From Octopus sinensis (lineage: Eukaryota), in assembly GCF_006345805.1 (NCBI RefSeq), contig NC_042997.1:193068001-193132000 (forward strand): a stretch of DNA of 64,000 nt, read 5' to 3'. Position numbers and translations under genes: made by a program. Shown piece by piece: positions 61,918 through 64,000 of this stretch. Position 1 is the first letter of the stretch. Each line of letters begins with the position of its first letter. The notes beneath the pieces are model-generated. The model saw nothing but the letters and a program-made list of their open reading frames with translations. It did not search any database and was not told the origin of the DNA.

Positions 61918-62293
61918 TTGTCTGTAACCAAATTATCCAACGTGGTTGCCTTTTTTTGAGATAATAGGGTGTTATTTATGTGAGATTTGACATCTATTTC
62001 TAGCAGGTAGAAGGACTCCATAGAGAATCCCTTATATCCTGGCTTTTTGTCTGTAACCACATTATCCAATGTGGTTGCCATTGTTTGAGATAATTGGGTA
62101 TTATCTATGTGAGATTTGACATCTATTTCTAGCAGGTAGAAGGACTCCATAGAGGATCCCTTATATCCAGGCTTTTTGTCTGTAACCACATTATCCAATG
62201 TGGTTGCCCGTTTTTGAGATAATAGGGTATTATTTATGTGGGTTTTGACTTCTATTTCTAGCAAGTAGAAGGACTCCATAGAGGATCCCTTAT
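61918..62293. repeat. 129-bp minisatellite, about 2.9 copies
   Basis: TCTGTAACCA recurs at 61921, 62050 and 62179. Confidence 0.95.
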
Positions 62294-62612
62294 CGGTTCT
62301 AGTTGTGTTGCTGCATCTACAGTTACTGTTCATATTAAATAGCCTCAGGTACTCTGCCCAGACATGTCTATGAGTCTTGCTTGCTTGATTTAGGCTGACA
62401 GCAATTTAAGTGCCTTTGCTTTGTTTGTTTGTTCTTTTATCATTAAATCATCACTGATGCTTATGGGTGTGGACATGTAACAGTTTTGCTGAGAGAGTAA
62501 CTTTCAAAAATATCAATAAGATACTGAAATATGAGAGCTGATGGTGCAGAAATTCGTCTTCTCACCAGAAACGTGAAAATAACAATAAGAATTTCAATAG
62601 AAAAATTAATAA

Positions 62613-63005
62613 AGACGCAGGAGTGGCTGTGTGGTAAGTAGCTTACTTACCAACCACATTGTGTCCGGGTTCAGTCCCACTGTGTGGCACCTTGGGCAAA
62701 TGTCTTCTACTATAGCTTCAGGCTGACTAAAGCCTTGTGAGTGGATTTGGTAGATGGAAACCGAAAGAAGCCCGTTGTATATACATATATATATGTTTGT
62801 GCGTCTGTGTTTGTCCCCCCCAACATCGCTTGACAACCGATGCTGGTGTGTTTACATCCCCGTAACTTAGCAGTTCGGCAATAGAGACCGATAGAATAAG
62901 TACTAGGCTTACAAAGAATAAGTCCTGGGGTCGATTTGCTCGACTAAATGTTGTACTCCAGCATGGCCACAGTCAAATGACTGAAACAACTAAAAAGGAG
63001 TAAAG
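62613..63005 (+). mobile_element. SINE family B, full length (reference copy)
   Basis: A box TGGCTGTGTGG, B box GGGTTCAGTCCC, an internal microsatellite and a GAGTAAA-type tail. Confidence 0.85.
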
Positions 63006-63196
63006 ACTATATAATTGTGTTTCTAATTCTCTGAAGTCAAATTGCTTTGAGGTTTGGAGCTGAACAGTTTAAAGACAATTACCATTTCACAGAATTACAT
63101 TTCAGTCCAACAGCAGCAAATGAAGGATTTATGCTCAAGTTTTTCAGTAACTTCTAATTCACAAATTCTAAAAGTTTTACAGGTACAAAAGGCATA

Positions 63197-63602
63197 CTCT
63201 CTTTTACTCTTTTACTCGTTTCAGTCATTTGACTGTGGCCATGCTGGAGCACCGCCTTTAGTCGAGCAAATCGACCCACCCAGGACTTATTCTTTGTAAG
63301 CTTAGTACTTATTGTATCGGTCTCTTTTGCTGAACCGCAAAGTTACTGGGGGCGTAAACACACCAGCATCGGTTGTCAAGCGATGTTGGGGGAACAAACA
63401 CAGACACACAAACATACATACACACACACATATATATATACATATATATGACAGGTTTCTTTCAGTTTCCGTCTACCAAATCCACTCACAAGGCTTTGGT
63501 CAGCCCGGGGCTATAGAAGACATTTGCCCATGGTGCCATGCAGTGGGACTGAACCTGGAACCATGAGACTCGTAAGCAAGCTACTTACCACACAGCCACT
63601 CC
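63197..63602 (-). mobile_element. SINE family B, full length, inverted relative to 62613-63005
   Basis: Reverse-complement homology across about 400 bp. Confidence 0.85.
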
Positions 63603-64000
63603 TTGTGGCCAAGTGGTTAGTGTGTTGCACTCAAGATCACAAGATTGTGGTTTCAATTCTAAGGTTAGGCTGTGCATTGTGTTCTTGAGCAGAATACTTC
63701 ATTTCACATCGCTCCAGTCAGTCCTTCTGTGTGCAATCTTGGGCAAATGTCTTTTACTATAGTCTCAAGACAATTAAGGCCTTTGAGTAGATTTGGTAGG
63801 CAGAAATTTTTGTGTATATATGTATATGTGTGTTTGTGTTTGTGTGTGTGTGTGTGTGTGTGTATATAATAATAATATAAATAATATATAAATATATGCA
63901 TATATACATACATATATGTACATACTTACATCTATATGTATATATACATGCATATATGGGTACAGGACATCAAAAACACGTTGAACGCAATGAGAAACGA

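Overview
AT-rich, repeat-saturated eukaryotic genomic DNA. The SINE, RTE and Helitron content and dense microsatellites look like a coleoid cephalopod (Octopus-like); this species assignment is inferred. Two host genes can be supported. The first is an 11-coding-exon C2orf81/DUF4639-like gene on + (ATG 13269 to stop 37721, 1302 nt, 433 aa, GT-AG junctions with consistent phases). The second is a convergent OXLD1-like gene on - with a single coding exon (39902-40441). The rest is mostly mobile DNA: several tRNA-headed SINE families, RTE, CR1, Tx1/L1 and R4-like LINE fragments, mariner and piggyBac-like elements, non-autonomous Helitrons, and putative Penelope-like ends with fold-back palindromes and hammerhead-like cores. 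The most notable signals are: (1) a 1.9-kb composite Helitron present twice, bounded exactly by the 5' end of one family and the 3' end of another, carrying a mariner fragment; (2) a 42-nt 3' tail shared by the commonest SINE and a Tx1/L1-type LINE; (3) recurrent long fold-back hairpins with hammerhead-like motifs; (4) a PHD-like finger inside an RTE reverse transcriptase. No host gene could be confidently assigned in 41-64 kb. Repeat boundaries are read by eye, and those not anchored on a terminus or TSD are approximate.
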